Assembly: GCA_963781885.1 (NCBI GenBank)
Contig: CAWAHW010000004.1
Coordinates: 320,001 to 384,000 of the forward strand
Source: an uncultured Spirochaetota bacterium
Lineage (GTDB): Bacteria; Spirochaetota; Spirochaetia; SZUA-6; Fen-1364
Reading direction: 5' to 3'
DNA: 64,000 nucleotides
Of this stretch, positions 19,499 through 29,849 are shown in pieces. The position numbers were made by a program, and so were the translations under genes. Under the pieces are notes generated by a model. That model was not told where the DNA came from. It did not search any database and saw nothing but the letters and a program-made list of their open reading frames with translations. Each line of letters starts with the position of its first letter. The stretch's first letter is position 1.

Positions 19499-21076
19499 CT
19501 AATCCGGGGCTTCCGTGCACTCCAGGAAATCGAAATCCGCGTGGGTTCCGGCACCCGAGAGGTCCTGGCAGCAGAGCGCGAAAAAGGTGCCGGTGAAGCC
19601 GCAGGGACGCACGTGCTCGTCGGCAAGGATGGAAGCATCCATCTCCCATCCAACGCGGGTCCACTGCTTCCCGTCCCGCGAATAGCGGAAGGAGATGCGG
19701 TCGTGATCGACGTCGATCCCGAGAAACACCCGGGTCCATCCCACCACGGGGATCTCTTTTTCCACCGGGTACGAAATAACGCCGCGTTCGCAGCGCATGA
19801 TGCTCACGCACTTTGCCGCGTGCTCCGCGCGGGAGAGGTAGAGGTAGTAGAAGGCGTCGGTGTTGTAGAAGGCCGCGAGCCCCGCAAGCTGCAGGAATGA
19901 GCGCGGCTCGAACTCGACGCATGTCGTTGCCGATGAGCGGAAAGAGGTGAGGCGCCGCGCCACGAGGGACTGGCGGAAATGGGAGAGGATGCTTTCGCGC
20001 CCTTTCAGCCGCAGGTACCCCGGGCGCTCTTCCAGGCTCATGAGCGACGCATCCAGCGGCACGCGCAGCGAGTGGTAATGCGACCCGAGCACCGGAGACT
20101 GGAAGTCGTCACGCGCGGGCTCGGCGGCCCACGGCGCGACGGGCAGATCCGGAGCCTCCAGCGTCTCCCGTGGCGCTCTGTCGCCGTGCGCCAGGCGCGG
20201 CCATCCCTCCGGGGTCCACTCCACACGCTGGAGACACGTCTCCCGTCCCAGGAGGGACCGGCCGCGCGCGCCCTGCCGCCGGGCCAGGTGCGCGAGGTAC
20301 CACTCCCCTGCCTTTGTTTCCACCAAGCTCCCGTGCCCCGCGGACTGCAGCGTCAGGGACGGATCGTTCGCCGAGGTGAGCATGGGATTGCCCGGCATCG
20401 GCTCATAAGGCCCCTGGAGCATGGACGAGCGCGCCACGGTCACTGCATGCGTGGCGAACGTGCCGCCTTCCGCCGTGAGCAGGTAGTAGTAGCCCTCCCG
20501 GCGGTAGAGGTGGGGACCCTCCACCAACCCCAGGGCGGTCCCCGGGAAGATGGGGGTGGATTCACCGATCAGACAGCCCTTTTTCGCGCAGTACTCTTGC
20601 AGGAAAATGCCGCCGAAGTTGTTGTGACCCGGGCGATAATCCCAGAGCATGTTCAGGAGCCACTTCCTGCCGTCCCGATCGTGGAAGAGCGACGCATCGA
20701 ATCCGACGCTGTTGAGGTAGAGGGGCGCCGACCACGGGCCTTCCAACGCCGGGGCCGTGGTGAGCCAGTTGTGGCAGTCCTTGACCTGCCCGTCCCATCG
20801 CTTCACGTCCGAGTAGACCAGATAGAAAAGGCCGTCGCTCCAGCTGAGGCAAGGGGCCCATACGCCCCCGGAGTCGGGATCGCCGCGCATATCCAGCAGG
20901 TCCAGCCTGTCCAAGGGACGCGCCGCGAGGTGCCAGTGCGCGAGGTCCCGCGAATGGTGGATGCAAACGCCCGGAAACCATTCGAACGTGGATGTGGCGA
21001 TAAAGAAGTCGTCCTCCACGCGTATGATGGATGGATCGGGGTTGAAGCCCCGCAGCACCGGGTTGTGTATCGTCAT
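19499..21076 (-). CDS. GH43 beta-xylosidase/arabinofuranosidase (XynB-like)
   Basis: NPVLRGFNPDPSI, STFEWFPG, WAPCL, GFDASLFHD, EGPHLY, and a C-terminal GH43_C domain. Confidence 0.92.
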   Translation of the reverse strand: MTIHNPVLRGFNPDPSIIRVEDDFFIATSTFEWFPGVCIHHSRDLAHWHLAARPLDRLDLLDMRGDPDSGGVWAPCLSWSDGLFYLVYSDVKRWDGQVKDCHNWLTTAPALEGPWSAPLYLNSVGFDASLFHDRDGRKWLLNMLWDYRPGHNNFGGIFLQEYCAKKGCLIGESTPIFPGTALGLVEGPHLYRREGYYYLLTAEGGTFATHAVTVARSSMLQGPYEPMPGNPMLTSANDPSLTLQSAGHGSLVETKAGEWYLAHLARRQGARGRSLLGRETCLQRVEWTPEGWPRLAHGDRAPRETLEAPDLPVAPWAAEPARDDFQSPVLGSHYHSLRVPLDASLMSLEERPGYLRLKGRESILSHFRQSLVARRLTSFRSSATTCVEFEPRSFLQLAGLAAFYNTDAFYYLYLSRAEHAAKCVSIMRCERGVISYPVEKEIPVVGWTRVFLGIDVDHDRISFRYSRDGKQWTRVGWEMDASILADEHVRPCGFTGTFFALCCQDLSGAGTHADFDFLECTEAPD

Positions 21077-21225
21077 CGATCACGTCGCTGCAATGTGTCG
21101 TTAGCCCCTCTCGAGTATTCACACGCACCGGACGCGGGCGCCGCGGCGGGCTTTCACACAGATTATCCCGGCCATTCCAAGGGCGGAATCGGACATTGAT
21201 CGAATTCGTCGATAGGTAGTATTGC

Positions 21226-22143
21226 CTATCCCTGAGGGGCAACCAGGAGGATGGAGTTTGCCGAGGGGTCGCGGGCGATCCAGCCTTTCTCCCCCTGCTC
21301 CAGCGGGGCTTCCGCTGCACGGAGCCGGGCCACGACGCGATCCAGCTCCCCCGCGTCGTGCAGGAGAACGGTGAAATGACGCATGCCCAGGGAGCCGTCC
21401 GGGGCAGGCGGCGCACCCTCGCCCATCCAGGCGTTCAGGCCGACGTGGTGATGGTACCCGCCGGCCGACACCATGCCCATCTGGAAGGCGGGCGCGAAAC
21501 CCATGTCGCCGAAACCGATGGCGCCGCAGTAAAACCTGATGGCTTCCGCCACGTTGCGGACATAGAGGTGGACGTGCCCGATGCGCGCCGCGGCCGGCAG
21601 CTCCTGGCGAAGGCTGTCGCCGGGCTCAAGCTCGCGGAAGAGGGCATCGAGGTCCAGGGGGTCCCTCCCGTCGCTCGGGCGTCCATCGCGCCGCCGCGCA
21701 AAAGGCAACCCTTCGGCAATTCCCATTTCGCCGTCTTCAGGAGACTCGGCGTACAGCTCGATCTCCTGTCCCTCGGGATCCTTCAGATAGGTAGTCTTGG
21801 TGATGACGTGATCGGTGGGATGGTTCACGTACTCGCGGGCAAAGAGGCGCGCCACTGCCCGCGCGAGCTCCCGCCGATTGGGAAGGAGGACGGCAAAGTG
21901 ATAGAGCCCCGTCGTGTGGGGCGCGCGCCGCGCGCCCGGCAGCTCGTGGAGCTGCAGGAGATCGTCCCGTCCCGCGCCCAGCCCCGCGCGCGCCCCCTCC
22001 CGCCAATGGAGGCGGAATCCAAGCAGGTCCGTGTAGAAGGCGATCTGGCGATCGAGATTCGCGACCGTGAGGGCCACCGTGCCCATAAGAGTGCCGGCAT
22101 GGAGGGAGGCACTCGGAGCTTCAGATACGCGTCTTGCTTCCAT
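21226..22143 (-). CDS. VOC/glyoxalase family protein (catechol 2,3-dioxygenase CatE-like)
   Basis: GLYHFAVLLP, YLKDPEG.EIELY, IGHVHL, SAGGYHHHVGLNAW. Confidence 0.88.
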   Translation of the reverse strand: MEARRVSEAPSASLHAGTLMGTVALTVANLDRQIAFYTDLLGFRLHWREGARAGLGAGRDDLLQLHELPGARRAPHTTGLYHFAVLLPNRRELARAVARLFAREYVNHPTDHVITKTTYLKDPEGQEIELYAESPEDGEMGIAEGLPFARRRDGRPSDGRDPLDLDALFRELEPGDSLRQELPAAARIGHVHLYVRNVAEAIRFYCGAIGFGDMGFAPAFQMGMVSAGGYHHHVGLNAWMGEGAPPAPDGSLGMRHFTVLLHDAGELDRVVARLRAAEAPLEQGEKGWIARDPSANSILLVAPQG

Positions 22144-22264
22144 TTGTAGGCGAAAATATACGAAGAACCCGCGGGGGCGGACAAACCCAGCCTGACCGGC
22201 AGGGGCAGCGCCGCGCCGCAAGATCAAATGGCGCCCGACGGCTGCTCCTGCCGCGCGCGGCCCA

Positions 22265-23146
22265 TCACGCCAGCCAGCGAACCGCTTCCTCGCGGAGCGC
22301 GGGCGCCATTGGCAGGGGGACATCGACCCCATTGGCCGAGACGACCAGGCTGTCGTCCTCGATGCGGACACCCGCGACGCGCGCGCGGGACACGATGAAT
22401 GAATCCTCTCCAAAGGTGCCCGGCGCTTTGGGCGGGTCCCGCATGTAGACGAGCTCGTGCGGATTCAGCACAAGGAGCTGGCCGCGCAGCGCCGCTTGTC
22501 GCCGCATGCCCGGCACGGTGACAAACCGGCACGTCGCCGATGAGCCCTCGGCGAGCCTGGCCCGGACGCTGTGCGACAGGAGGTCCCACTTGAAGGGAAG
22601 CGGCGGCATGCCGGGGGCATCCCGCGGCACCTGCCGGGCAGGACCTGCCAGTCTTTTTCGCAGCTCGAAGAGGGCGGGATCGAGTCTCTCCCTGACGACC
22701 GTGTTGTAGCGGATGCTCAACCTATCCGTCGACGACAGGAAGCTGAGCCTTCCATACAGGAGGATCGTTACGTCTTCTATCGCGGCGAGATCCTCCATCC
22801 GCAGCAAGGCCCTGACGCCCGGTTCCGGTTTGTCGGTCCAGAGGCCCACCGCTTTCGACCCGATCACGAGGACACTGTCGGGAGTGATCACACGCTGGTT
22901 TCGGATGCCGGTCGGACGCACGGCCCACGGGATGAGGAAGACCTGGCCCAGCCGTGCGACGCCACAGGCGTCCCAGAGAGCGTCGCGGGCGCCCGACGGA
23001 ATCTCTTCGATGCCGTGGGGAACGGTGGGGTAGCTGCTTATGCCTTTGTAGAAAGAGCCGCCTTCCTTCTCCGTGTAGGGAATCTCCCACTTCTCAGCAG
23101 GGTCCTGCTGCAAGCGGTTGATGGAGCTTCCTGGTTTCTTCCTCAT
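22265..23146 (-). CDS. Hypothetical protein (293 aa)
   Basis: Long ORF with protein-like composition in the same orientation as its neighbours; no family recognised. Confidence 0.7.
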   Translation of the reverse strand: MRKKPGSSINRLQQDPAEKWEIPYTEKEGGSFYKGISSYPTVPHGIEEIPSGARDALWDACGVARLGQVFLIPWAVRPTGIRNQRVITPDSVLVIGSKAVGLWTDKPEPGVRALLRMEDLAAIEDVTILLYGRLSFLSSTDRLSIRYNTVVRERLDPALFELRKRLAGPARQVPRDAPGMPPLPFKWDLLSHSVRARLAEGSSATCRFVTVPGMRRQAALRGQLLVLNPHELVYMRDPPKAPGTFGEDSFIVSRARVAGVRIEDDSLVVSANGVDVPLPMAPALREEAVRWLA

Positions 23147-23251
23147 ACACCCGGGATATACCCGCGAACGGGTGCCGTCAACTGTTCGCTTCCGAACGCG
23201 CGGCGCCGGCTGATGGCGGTCATCATGCGATCCCGACTGCCATAAAAGGGA

Positions 23252-25576
23252 TCACTCATAGCGCAGGACTTCCACCACCTTAACCGCCGCGGCGCGCCGT
23301 GCAGGGATGAAACCCCCAATGACGGCCAGCAGCAGCGCCGCGGGGTATGCCAGGACAAAATACCACCAGGGGGGAAGCGCCGCCATGCCGATGCCGGTCC
23401 CGCCGAGCTTGCCGAAATAATCGGACATCACGCCGGTGATCCACACCCCCACGGGAATCGCGATTGTGACGGCCAGGAGCGCGAGCGGGGTCACACCCGC
23501 GATCACGCTTGCGACGACCTGTCCGGGCGTCAGGCCGATGGTTTTGAAAACGCCAAAGTCACGCCGCCGCTCGCGCACTCCCAGGAGCGTCGTGATCAGC
23601 AGGGAGACGACGCCGATGGCCACGAGGATCACGTTCAGCCCGTCGAGGACCGTCCACGTGCTCCCTCCCTGTGACAGCATGGCGTCCCGATCGATGACCG
23701 TTGTCCTGAACTGGTCGTTCGAAAGACGCGTGAGGGTGTCTGCCAGGGCTTTCGCGTCGACGCCGTCTGCAAGCTTGAGATAGTAGTTCGCAGGCTGGGC
23801 CCCCGGGTCCACGCGATTCAGGGCTTCCTGGCTGAACACGGCAATGCGATCGTCGTCGCCGACGCCTATGTCGTAGTAGCAGCCCACGACGCGCAAGTCG
23901 AGAGGCAGGCCCTTCATCGTGAGGTGAAGCTCGTCCCCGAGGCGCAAGCCCAGCCGGTCCAGCAACGCCTGCGTGACCACTGCCTCGTCGCGACCGGCAA
24001 ACAGACGTCCGGCCGTGAGATGGACAAATTGCGCATACGCTCCTCCCAGGGCCAGCGACTGGAAGCTTGTTGCCTGTCCGGCCGCCTTTGTGCCGACACG
24101 CGCTTCAGAGTAGAAGGCATCGATCTCCGGCCGTTCTTCCAGCATCTTCTTCGTCGCGGTGGCCGGGGAAAAACCTCTCTGGACGATCATGTCGTATGGC
24201 GTGGCCCACGCGATGAGGTTCTTGATCGTGTACGTGCCGGCGACAGCGACGACCATGATGACCACCGTCAAGACAAGTGCCCCGATGGTCAGCCAGGCGC
24301 GCGCCGGGCGGGCAAAGGTATCCTTGAGGCCAAGGGTCATGAAGGGAGGCAGGCGCAACCGGGCAGCCAGTCGTCCAAGACCGGAGGCGCGATGATGCAC
24401 GCGTCCAAGCCCCGTGGTGATGGCCTGGACGGTGCTGATGCGCCCGCCCCGCCGGGCCGGAAGGAGCGTGAAGAGGGCCACGACGATCTCCACTCCCAGC
24501 AGGATCAGGAGGGACGACAAGGGATCGAAGGCGGGGGCGGCCGGGACGTTGAGCAGCTCGGCGACAGGCCGTAGAAAATACGGTGCGAGCGCCGCTCCCA
24601 GACCCAGACCGATCACCCCTGCCGCGAGACCCATTCCGAGGTACTCGAGCAGGAACAGAAACGCCACCTCCCCGGGTGTGGCTCCGACTGCCTTCAGCAG
24701 GCCGATTTCACGGTACTGGCTCAGCACGACGCCGCCGATCACGTTGGCGATGACGAAGCCGACCGCCACAAGGAGAAACACACCGACGAAAACCAGCCAG
24801 AGATTGAACGACTGGTTGGAGGCGTTGTTCAGCCACAGATACCGCGCCTGGCTCCAGTCATTCGTGTCGGCAATCGCTCCGGCAGGGAACAAGGCGTCGG
24901 CTCTCCTGGAAAAATCCGGGAGCGTCTTCGGATCCGCCAGACGGACCCCCAGCTTCGATTGCCAATACTGTCTGTCCGGCTCGAGTCGCGCGAGCGTGGA
25001 CGGCAGGACATAGCCCAGACCGGGCTGCACGCTGGGGAAGGGTCCCTGACCGGGGTTCACCGCAAGACCGACGACAAGAAGGCGGGATTTCCCGGTGGAA
25101 GTCAGGATGTCCACGGTGTCGCCGACCGCGATCTTCAAAGAGCCGGCCAGGCCGCGATCCAGCACGACGTCATTTTCTCCGCCGGCGGTCAGCCAGCTGC
25201 CGTCTGCAACGGAGGGACGGCCGACGCGCGGAAGCTCGGGCTGCATGCCGTACAGGCCAATGCTGTACTTATCGCTGCTTCGCATCAGGAATGGCCCTTC
25301 GACATAGGGAAGCGGGCCGACCGATCCCGTCACGCCCTCCAGCCGGGCGATGGGGGCAAGGTCCACGTTCGCGCCGCTGCTGGTAAACCACAGGTGCGCC
25401 CCATTGGTCTCGGCAAAGATACGCTCCCAGGGATTGCTCGTGGTGTCGCTTTTCAGGAGGTCCACGGACACCGTGAGGACGGCGGCGGCGAGCACCAGGA
25501 TGAGCATGATCAGGGCGGTCTGGAAAAGCCGGCTTCGCAGATCGGCCAACGCCTTGCGCAGGAGTGCGTGCATCAT
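23252..25576 (-). CDS. FtsX/MacB-like ABC transporter permease (duplicated)
   Basis: Two permease modules: REIGLLKAVGAT and RRRDFGVFKTIGLT. Confidence 0.9.
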   Translation of the reverse strand: MMHALLRKALADLRSRLFQTALIMLILVLAAAVLTVSVDLLKSDTTSNPWERIFAETNGAHLWFTSSGANVDLAPIARLEGVTGSVGPLPYVEGPFLMRSSDKYSIGLYGMQPELPRVGRPSVADGSWLTAGGENDVVLDRGLAGSLKIAVGDTVDILTSTGKSRLLVVGLAVNPGQGPFPSVQPGLGYVLPSTLARLEPDRQYWQSKLGVRLADPKTLPDFSRRADALFPAGAIADTNDWSQARYLWLNNASNQSFNLWLVFVGVFLLVAVGFVIANVIGGVVLSQYREIGLLKAVGATPGEVAFLFLLEYLGMGLAAGVIGLGLGAALAPYFLRPVAELLNVPAAPAFDPLSSLLILLGVEIVVALFTLLPARRGGRISTVQAITTGLGRVHHRASGLGRLAARLRLPPFMTLGLKDTFARPARAWLTIGALVLTVVIMVVAVAGTYTIKNLIAWATPYDMIVQRGFSPATATKKMLEERPEIDAFYSEARVGTKAAGQATSFQSLALGGAYAQFVHLTAGRLFAGRDEAVVTQALLDRLGLRLGDELHLTMKGLPLDLRVVGCYYDIGVGDDDRIAVFSQEALNRVDPGAQPANYYLKLADGVDAKALADTLTRLSNDQFRTTVIDRDAMLSQGGSTWTVLDGLNVILVAIGVVSLLITTLLGVRERRRDFGVFKTIGLTPGQVVASVIAGVTPLALLAVTIAIPVGVWITGVMSDYFGKLGGTGIGMAALPPWWYFVLAYPAALLLAVIGGFIPARRAAAVKVVEVLRYE

Positions 25577-25577
25577 G

Positions 25578-26330
25578 TCACGCCTCCAGCTGCACGAGCC
25601 GGGAGATCGTCGCCTGCGCGTCGCGACCTTTTTCAAGCCGGGTCTCATTCCTTATCTGGCCGTCCCGCATGGCGATCACCCGGTCGGCAATGCTCGCCAC
25701 GCGCGGATCGTGGGTCACGAGGAGCATGGTCTGGCCCCCGGCATTCATGCGCCGCAGCAGGGCGAGCACTTCAGCGGTGCTCCGGCTGTCCAGGTTGCCG
25801 GTCGGCTCGTCGGCAAGGAGGACGGCAGGCTGGTTGACCAGAGCCCGCGCAAGCGCGACACGCTGCTGCTGTCCGCCGGAGAGCTGGGCGGGAACGGCGC
25901 GGGCTTTCCCCGGAAGGCCCAATTCCGCCAGGAGCGCCTCCCGCCGGCGCCGGGCCTCCGCGGGGTGAATGCCGGCCATGAGTGCGGGAAGCTCGATATT
26001 GTCCGCGACGTCCAGGTTTCCAATGAGGTTGAAGAACTGGAACACGAATCCGATCTGCGTGCGGCGCAAGACGGCCCACGCCGCTTCGCTCAAGGCATCC
26101 ACGCGCCTGCCGTTCAGGTGTACTTCCCCCTCCGTCGGCCGATCCAGCCCGCCCAGGAGGTGCAGGAGGGTGGACTTGCCGCATCCGCTGGGCCCCATGA
26201 CGGCCACGAGCTCTCCCGCCGCCACCTGCATGTCCACGCCGTGGAGGGCCTGCACCGCCTCGCCGTTGCTGCGGTACGTCTTTCCAAGCGATCTCGTCTC
26301 CACCACCGTTTTCATGACAACCTCCGTCAT
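25578..26330 (-). CDS. ABC transporter ATP-binding protein (LolD/MacB-like)
   Basis: GPSGCGKST, LSGGQQQR, ADEPTGNLD, VTHD. Confidence 0.93.
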   Translation of the reverse strand: MTEVVMKTVVETRSLGKTYRSNGEAVQALHGVDMQVAAGELVAVMGPSGCGKSTLLHLLGGLDRPTEGEVHLNGRRVDALSEAAWAVLRRTQIGFVFQFFNLIGNLDVADNIELPALMAGIHPAEARRRREALLAELGLPGKARAVPAQLSGGQQQRVALARALVNQPAVLLADEPTGNLDSRSTAEVLALLRRMNAGGQTMLLVTHDPRVASIADRVIAMRDGQIRNETRLEKGRDAQATISRLVQLEA

Positions 26331-26857
26331 TTCCCCCCTCCCTTTTGCATCGCAAAGCGCTCCTCGCACGCGTCGAGCCATTTCAGATCGGCCTGCAGAT
26401 GAAGAATGGCGCCCTCCACGAGCAACGCCGCGGCCGGGTCTCCATCGGGTGACCGGTCGACAGCCAGGCCATCCAGGTCTTTGAGAGCCTGCAGGTATTC
26501 CCGGCGTTGACGCTCGATCAGGGCGTTGTGATCGGCGATACCGGAAAGACGGGCGAGCACCATTTTCATGAAAAACTCGTCTTTCAGCCGGGGCCCGACC
26601 GTCGACTCCTCGACCCACTCCTGCAGGTACTGTCGACCCTGCGGCGTCAGCTCGTAGACTCGCTTGTCGGGACGCCTCTCTTGAGGCACATCCTTGCTCT
26701 GCACGAAGCCATCGCGCTCCAGGCGCGCAAGCGTGGTGTAGATCTGGCCGAAATTGATCGAGGGCCAGCCCGGCCCGAAAGTGGTCTCCAGAGCCTGTTT
26801 CAGCTCGTAGCCGTGGGCGGGTTGCTTGGACAGCAGGGCCAGGAATGCTTGCCTCAT
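26327..26857 (-). CDS. PadR-family transcriptional regulator
   Basis: HGYELK, NFGQIYTTLARLE, KRVYELTPQG, C-terminal Vir_act-type helix. Confidence 0.93.
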   Translation of the reverse strand: MRQAFLALLSKQPAHGYELKQALETTFGPGWPSINFGQIYTTLARLERDGFVQSKDVPQERRPDKRVYELTPQGRQYLQEWVEESTVGPRLKDEFFMKMVLARLSGIADHNALIERQRREYLQALKDLDGLAVDRSPDGDPAAALLVEGAILHLQADLKWLDACEERFAMQKGGGK

Positions 26858-26886
26858 ATATACTTGATATGTATATCAAGTATATA
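26857..26886. promoter_or_regulatory. Perfect 14-bp-arm inverted repeat, putative PadR operator overlapping the promoter
   Basis: TATATACTTGATAT-GT-ATATCAAGTATATA abuts the padR ATG; TTGACA lies upstream on the minus strand. Confidence 0.8.
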
Positions 26887-26970
26887 ATGATTTGTCAAGC
26901 GATTTTCAGGCTTTTCAATCTGGCACGCCCATTGACGGGCGCGCCCGCCGCAACGCATTATTGCCCATTC

Positions 26971-27818
26971 ATGTCGATGCGCCCTGACGCTTCAGATACG
27001 CAGGACCTCGTAATGGAAGCCGCTTCCATCATCCGGGCGGCGCGGTACCTCACTGCCTTCACAGGCGCGGGCATATCGGTCGAAAGCGGCATCCCGCCCT
27101 TCCGTGGTCCCGGCGGGCTCTGGGGCAAGTACGATCCGCGCACGCTGGAGCTGAGCTATTTCCTGGCAAATCCCGCAAGGGCGTGGCCCACGATCAAAGA
27201 GATATTCTACGACAACTTCGGCAAGGCGAAACCAAACCCTGCCCACATCGTGCTCGCGCGGCTTGAAGTCGAGGGGTGGGTGCGTGGGAAAGGCGGCGTG
27301 GGTGCCCCTGACGACAGCGGCAGTCGCGGCACCTCACCGGTGACGATCCCAACCGCGGCCGACTGAAGGCCCTCATTACGCAGAACATCGACAACCTGCA
27401 TGTACTGGCCGGGAGCAGGGACGTCATCGAGTTCCATGGCAACTCCGCGAAGCTCCTCTGCCTCTCCTGCGGCGCGCGCGTAGCGGTTACCCCTGCCCTG
27501 CTGCGGAGTCTGCCGCCCCGTTGCGATTGCGGGGGCATCTACAAGCCCGACTTCATCTTCTTCGGTGAGGGAATCACACCGGACGCCCGCGCGCGCGCGC
27601 ACGACGCGGCCCGGCAGAGCGACGTCATGCTCGTCGTGGGCTCTACCGGCGAGGTCTACCCCGCGGCAATGGTTCCGCGATGGGCCGCGGAGGCGGGTGC
27701 AAAGATCATCGAGATAAACCCGGACGCGTCGGAGTTCACCGGTTCCGTGACGACCCTTCACATTCCCCTCCCTGCCGGGGAGGCATTCTCCCTGATCGAA
27801 AAGGAGCTCTTCCCATGA
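26971..27818 (+). CDS. cobB: NAD-dependent protein deacylase (sirtuin); frameshift near 27300-27350
   Basis: FTGAGISVESGIPPFRG, then in a shifted frame ITQNIDNLH, EFHG, CxxC..CxC, KPDFIFFGE, VGSTGEVYPA, IEIN. Confidence 0.88.
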
Positions 27819-28840
27819 AAATCTACGACCTGCGCAGCGACACCGTGACAAAACCCAGCCCGGGCATGCGAAAGGCAATGGCAGAGGCGGAGGTCGGCGA
27901 CGACGTGTACGGGGAAGACCCGACGGTGAATCGTCTGCAGGAAATGGCGGCGAAGCTCACGGGCAAGGAGGCGGCGCTCTACGTCTCAACGGGATCGATG
28001 GGAAATCTCATCCCGATCTACCTCAACTGCGGCGCGGGCAATGAGCTGCTCATCGAGGCACGCGGACACAGCGTGCAGCACGAGCTGGCCGGCGTGTCGG
28101 CGCTTGCCGGCAGCCTTCCCATCATGATCGCGGCGCCCCATGGGATCCTTACGCCGGAGCTCCTCCTGCCCTGGATACAGCCGGACGCCTACGATCACGC
28201 GCGCACCCGGATGATCGTCCTGGAGAACACGCATAACGCGGCCGGCGGCACGGTGTACCCGCTTGCGGCTCTGCGGGAGATCGGCGCATTCGCGCGGAAG
28301 CGGAACCTCGCGGTCCACATCGACGGCGCGCGCCTTTTCAACGCGGTCACGGCGTCCGGCGTCGATGCGCCCGCCATTTGCCGCGAAGCCGACACGGTGA
28401 CGTTCTGCCTGTCAAAAGGCCTCGGAGCGCCCGTGGGCTCGCTCCTCTGCGGCACGCGCGCGTTCATTGCGGAGGCGCGGCGCGTGCGCAAGATGCTGGG
28501 CGGCGGCACCCGCCAGGCGGGCATCATCGCGGCGGCAGGCATCTACGCGCTGGAGCACAATATCGAGCGGCTGGCGGAGGACCACCAGAATGCGCGCCTG
28601 ATCGCGCGCGCGCTGGCGGCAACATCGTGGGCGGAGCTCGATCCGAACGACGTGGTGACGAACATCCTGTACTTCCGCACGCGTGACCGCAAGGCAGCCG
28701 ACGTCGTGAAGTCGCTCGCGCGCCAGGGCATCCTTTGCTGGGATTTGGGCGTCGACCAGGTGAGATTCGTGACACACCTCGACCTGTCCGCCGAGGACGC
28801 ACGGGAAGTGGCGGTGATCGTCGAAAAGATGAAGATGTAG
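27815..28840 (+). CDS. ltaE: Low-specificity L-threonine aldolase
   Basis: [46 protein letters not shown]. Confidence 0.93.
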   Translation: MKIYDLRSDTVTKPSPGMRKAMAEAEVGDDVYGEDPTVNRLQEMAAKLTGKEAALYVSTGSMGNLIPIYLNCGAGNELLIEARGHSVQHELAGVSALAGSLPIMIAAPHGILTPELLLPWIQPDAYDHARTRMIVLENTHNAAGGTVYPLAALREIGAFARKRNLAVHIDGARLFNAVTASGVDAPAICREADTVTFCLSKGLGAPVGSLLCGTRAFIAEARRVRKMLGGGTRQAGIIAAAGIYALEHNIERLAEDHQNARLIARALAATSWAELDPNDVVTNILYFRTRDRKAADVVKSLARQGILCWDLGVDQVRFVTHLDLSAEDAREVAVIVEKMKM

Positions 28841-28886
28841 AGCCGCCCGACGCGGTTGCGAAGCTGCGGCTCACGGAGGAATCATC

Positions 28887-29291
28887 ATGAGATGCCGACT
28901 GGCGCTCCTTGCCCTGACGCTCATGCCCCTGGCAGCGGGAATCGTGAAGGCGCAGGACACCGCGCCCACGCGCGACTACGCGGACCCTGAGCAGCTCGCC
29001 GTGCTGATCTCGGGGCAACTGGAACCCTACAACCTCGTGGACGTGCGTTCTGGCGATGAGTATACCGCCTCACACATCCCCACGGCGGTCAACATTCCCT
29101 GGGATCAGATCGCCGACACTCCCCCGACTGCCGACCGGTCCGCGCTGATCGTCGTCTACTGCGCCTCCGGCAGCCGTTCGTCGAAGGCTGCCGCGGCACT
29201 TCGGGCCTTGGGCTACACGCGCGTGGTGGATTTCGGTGCGGTGTCACGCTGGAAAGGGACACTGATCGGCTCACCCGACCCGCGCGACTGA
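28887..29291 (+). CDS. Exported rhodanese-like domain protein
   Basis: Signal peptide; VDVR..EY..HIP.A.NIP; YCASGSRS. Confidence 0.85.
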   Translation: MRCRLALLALTLMPLAAGIVKAQDTAPTRDYADPEQLAVLISGQLEPYNLVDVRSGDEYTASHIPTAVNIPWDQIADTPPTADRSALIVVYCASGSRSSKAAAALRALGYTRVVDFGAVSRWKGTLIGSPDPRD

Positions 29292-29297
29292 TCGCGC

Positions 29298-29837
29298 TTA
29301 CAACCGGGCGATAATAAAGGGCGCGGCGGCGTTCACGACGAGCGTGAGCACGCAGCCAAGGGCGATGCCTGCCAGGACGTCCAGGACGTAGTGTATGCCA
29401 ATGGCGATGCGGGAGACGACCATGAAAGGGCTCCAGATCGCGATGGAGATGAAAGCCGCGACCGGCCCCAACTGCGAAGACAGGAGACAGAGCATCGCCG
29501 CGCGGGCGGCGTGACCTGAGGGAAATGAAAAGGGATCGGCCTTTCGGTAGATCGCACCCGACGTGCCCGGGGGTCTCTTCCGGCGAAAGATATTCTTGAC
29601 GATCACGACGACAATCTCGGCGAGCGCGAGCCCGCCTGCGGTGACCAGCGCGCGCGCCTTCCATGCGTTGTCACCCAGGAGCCACGCCGCGACAAGCAGG
29701 GCCGCCCAGACGTAGATGTCCCCCGAATGCGCGAGCCCCAGCGCGATGGCCTGTGCGGCGCCGCGCCGCGGGCGCAGGGTGAGCGGCGCCGTGAGTGCTT
29801 CATCCAGGGTCTGAATCCATCCCGCCTTGCCGCTCAC
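29298..29837 (-). CDS. PAP2-family phosphatase
   Basis: K...RKRP, SFPSGH, SRIAIGIHY..DV. Confidence 0.88.
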   Translation of the reverse strand: MSGKAGWIQTLDEALTAPLTLRPRRGAAQAIALGLAHSGDIYVWAALLVAAWLLGDNAWKARALVTAGGLALAEIVVVIVKNIFRRKRPPGTSGAIYRKADPFSFPSGHAARAAMLCLLSSQLGPVAAFISIAIWSPFMVVSRIAIGIHYVLDVLAGIALGCVLTLVVNAAAPFIIARL

Positions 29838-29849
29838 CCTCCCCGACCC

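Noticed and set aside
26971-27818. Sir2 anti-phage effector (Thoeris/DSR)
   Set aside because: Ordinary Zn-ribbon CobB-type deacylase coupled to ltaE, with no defence context.
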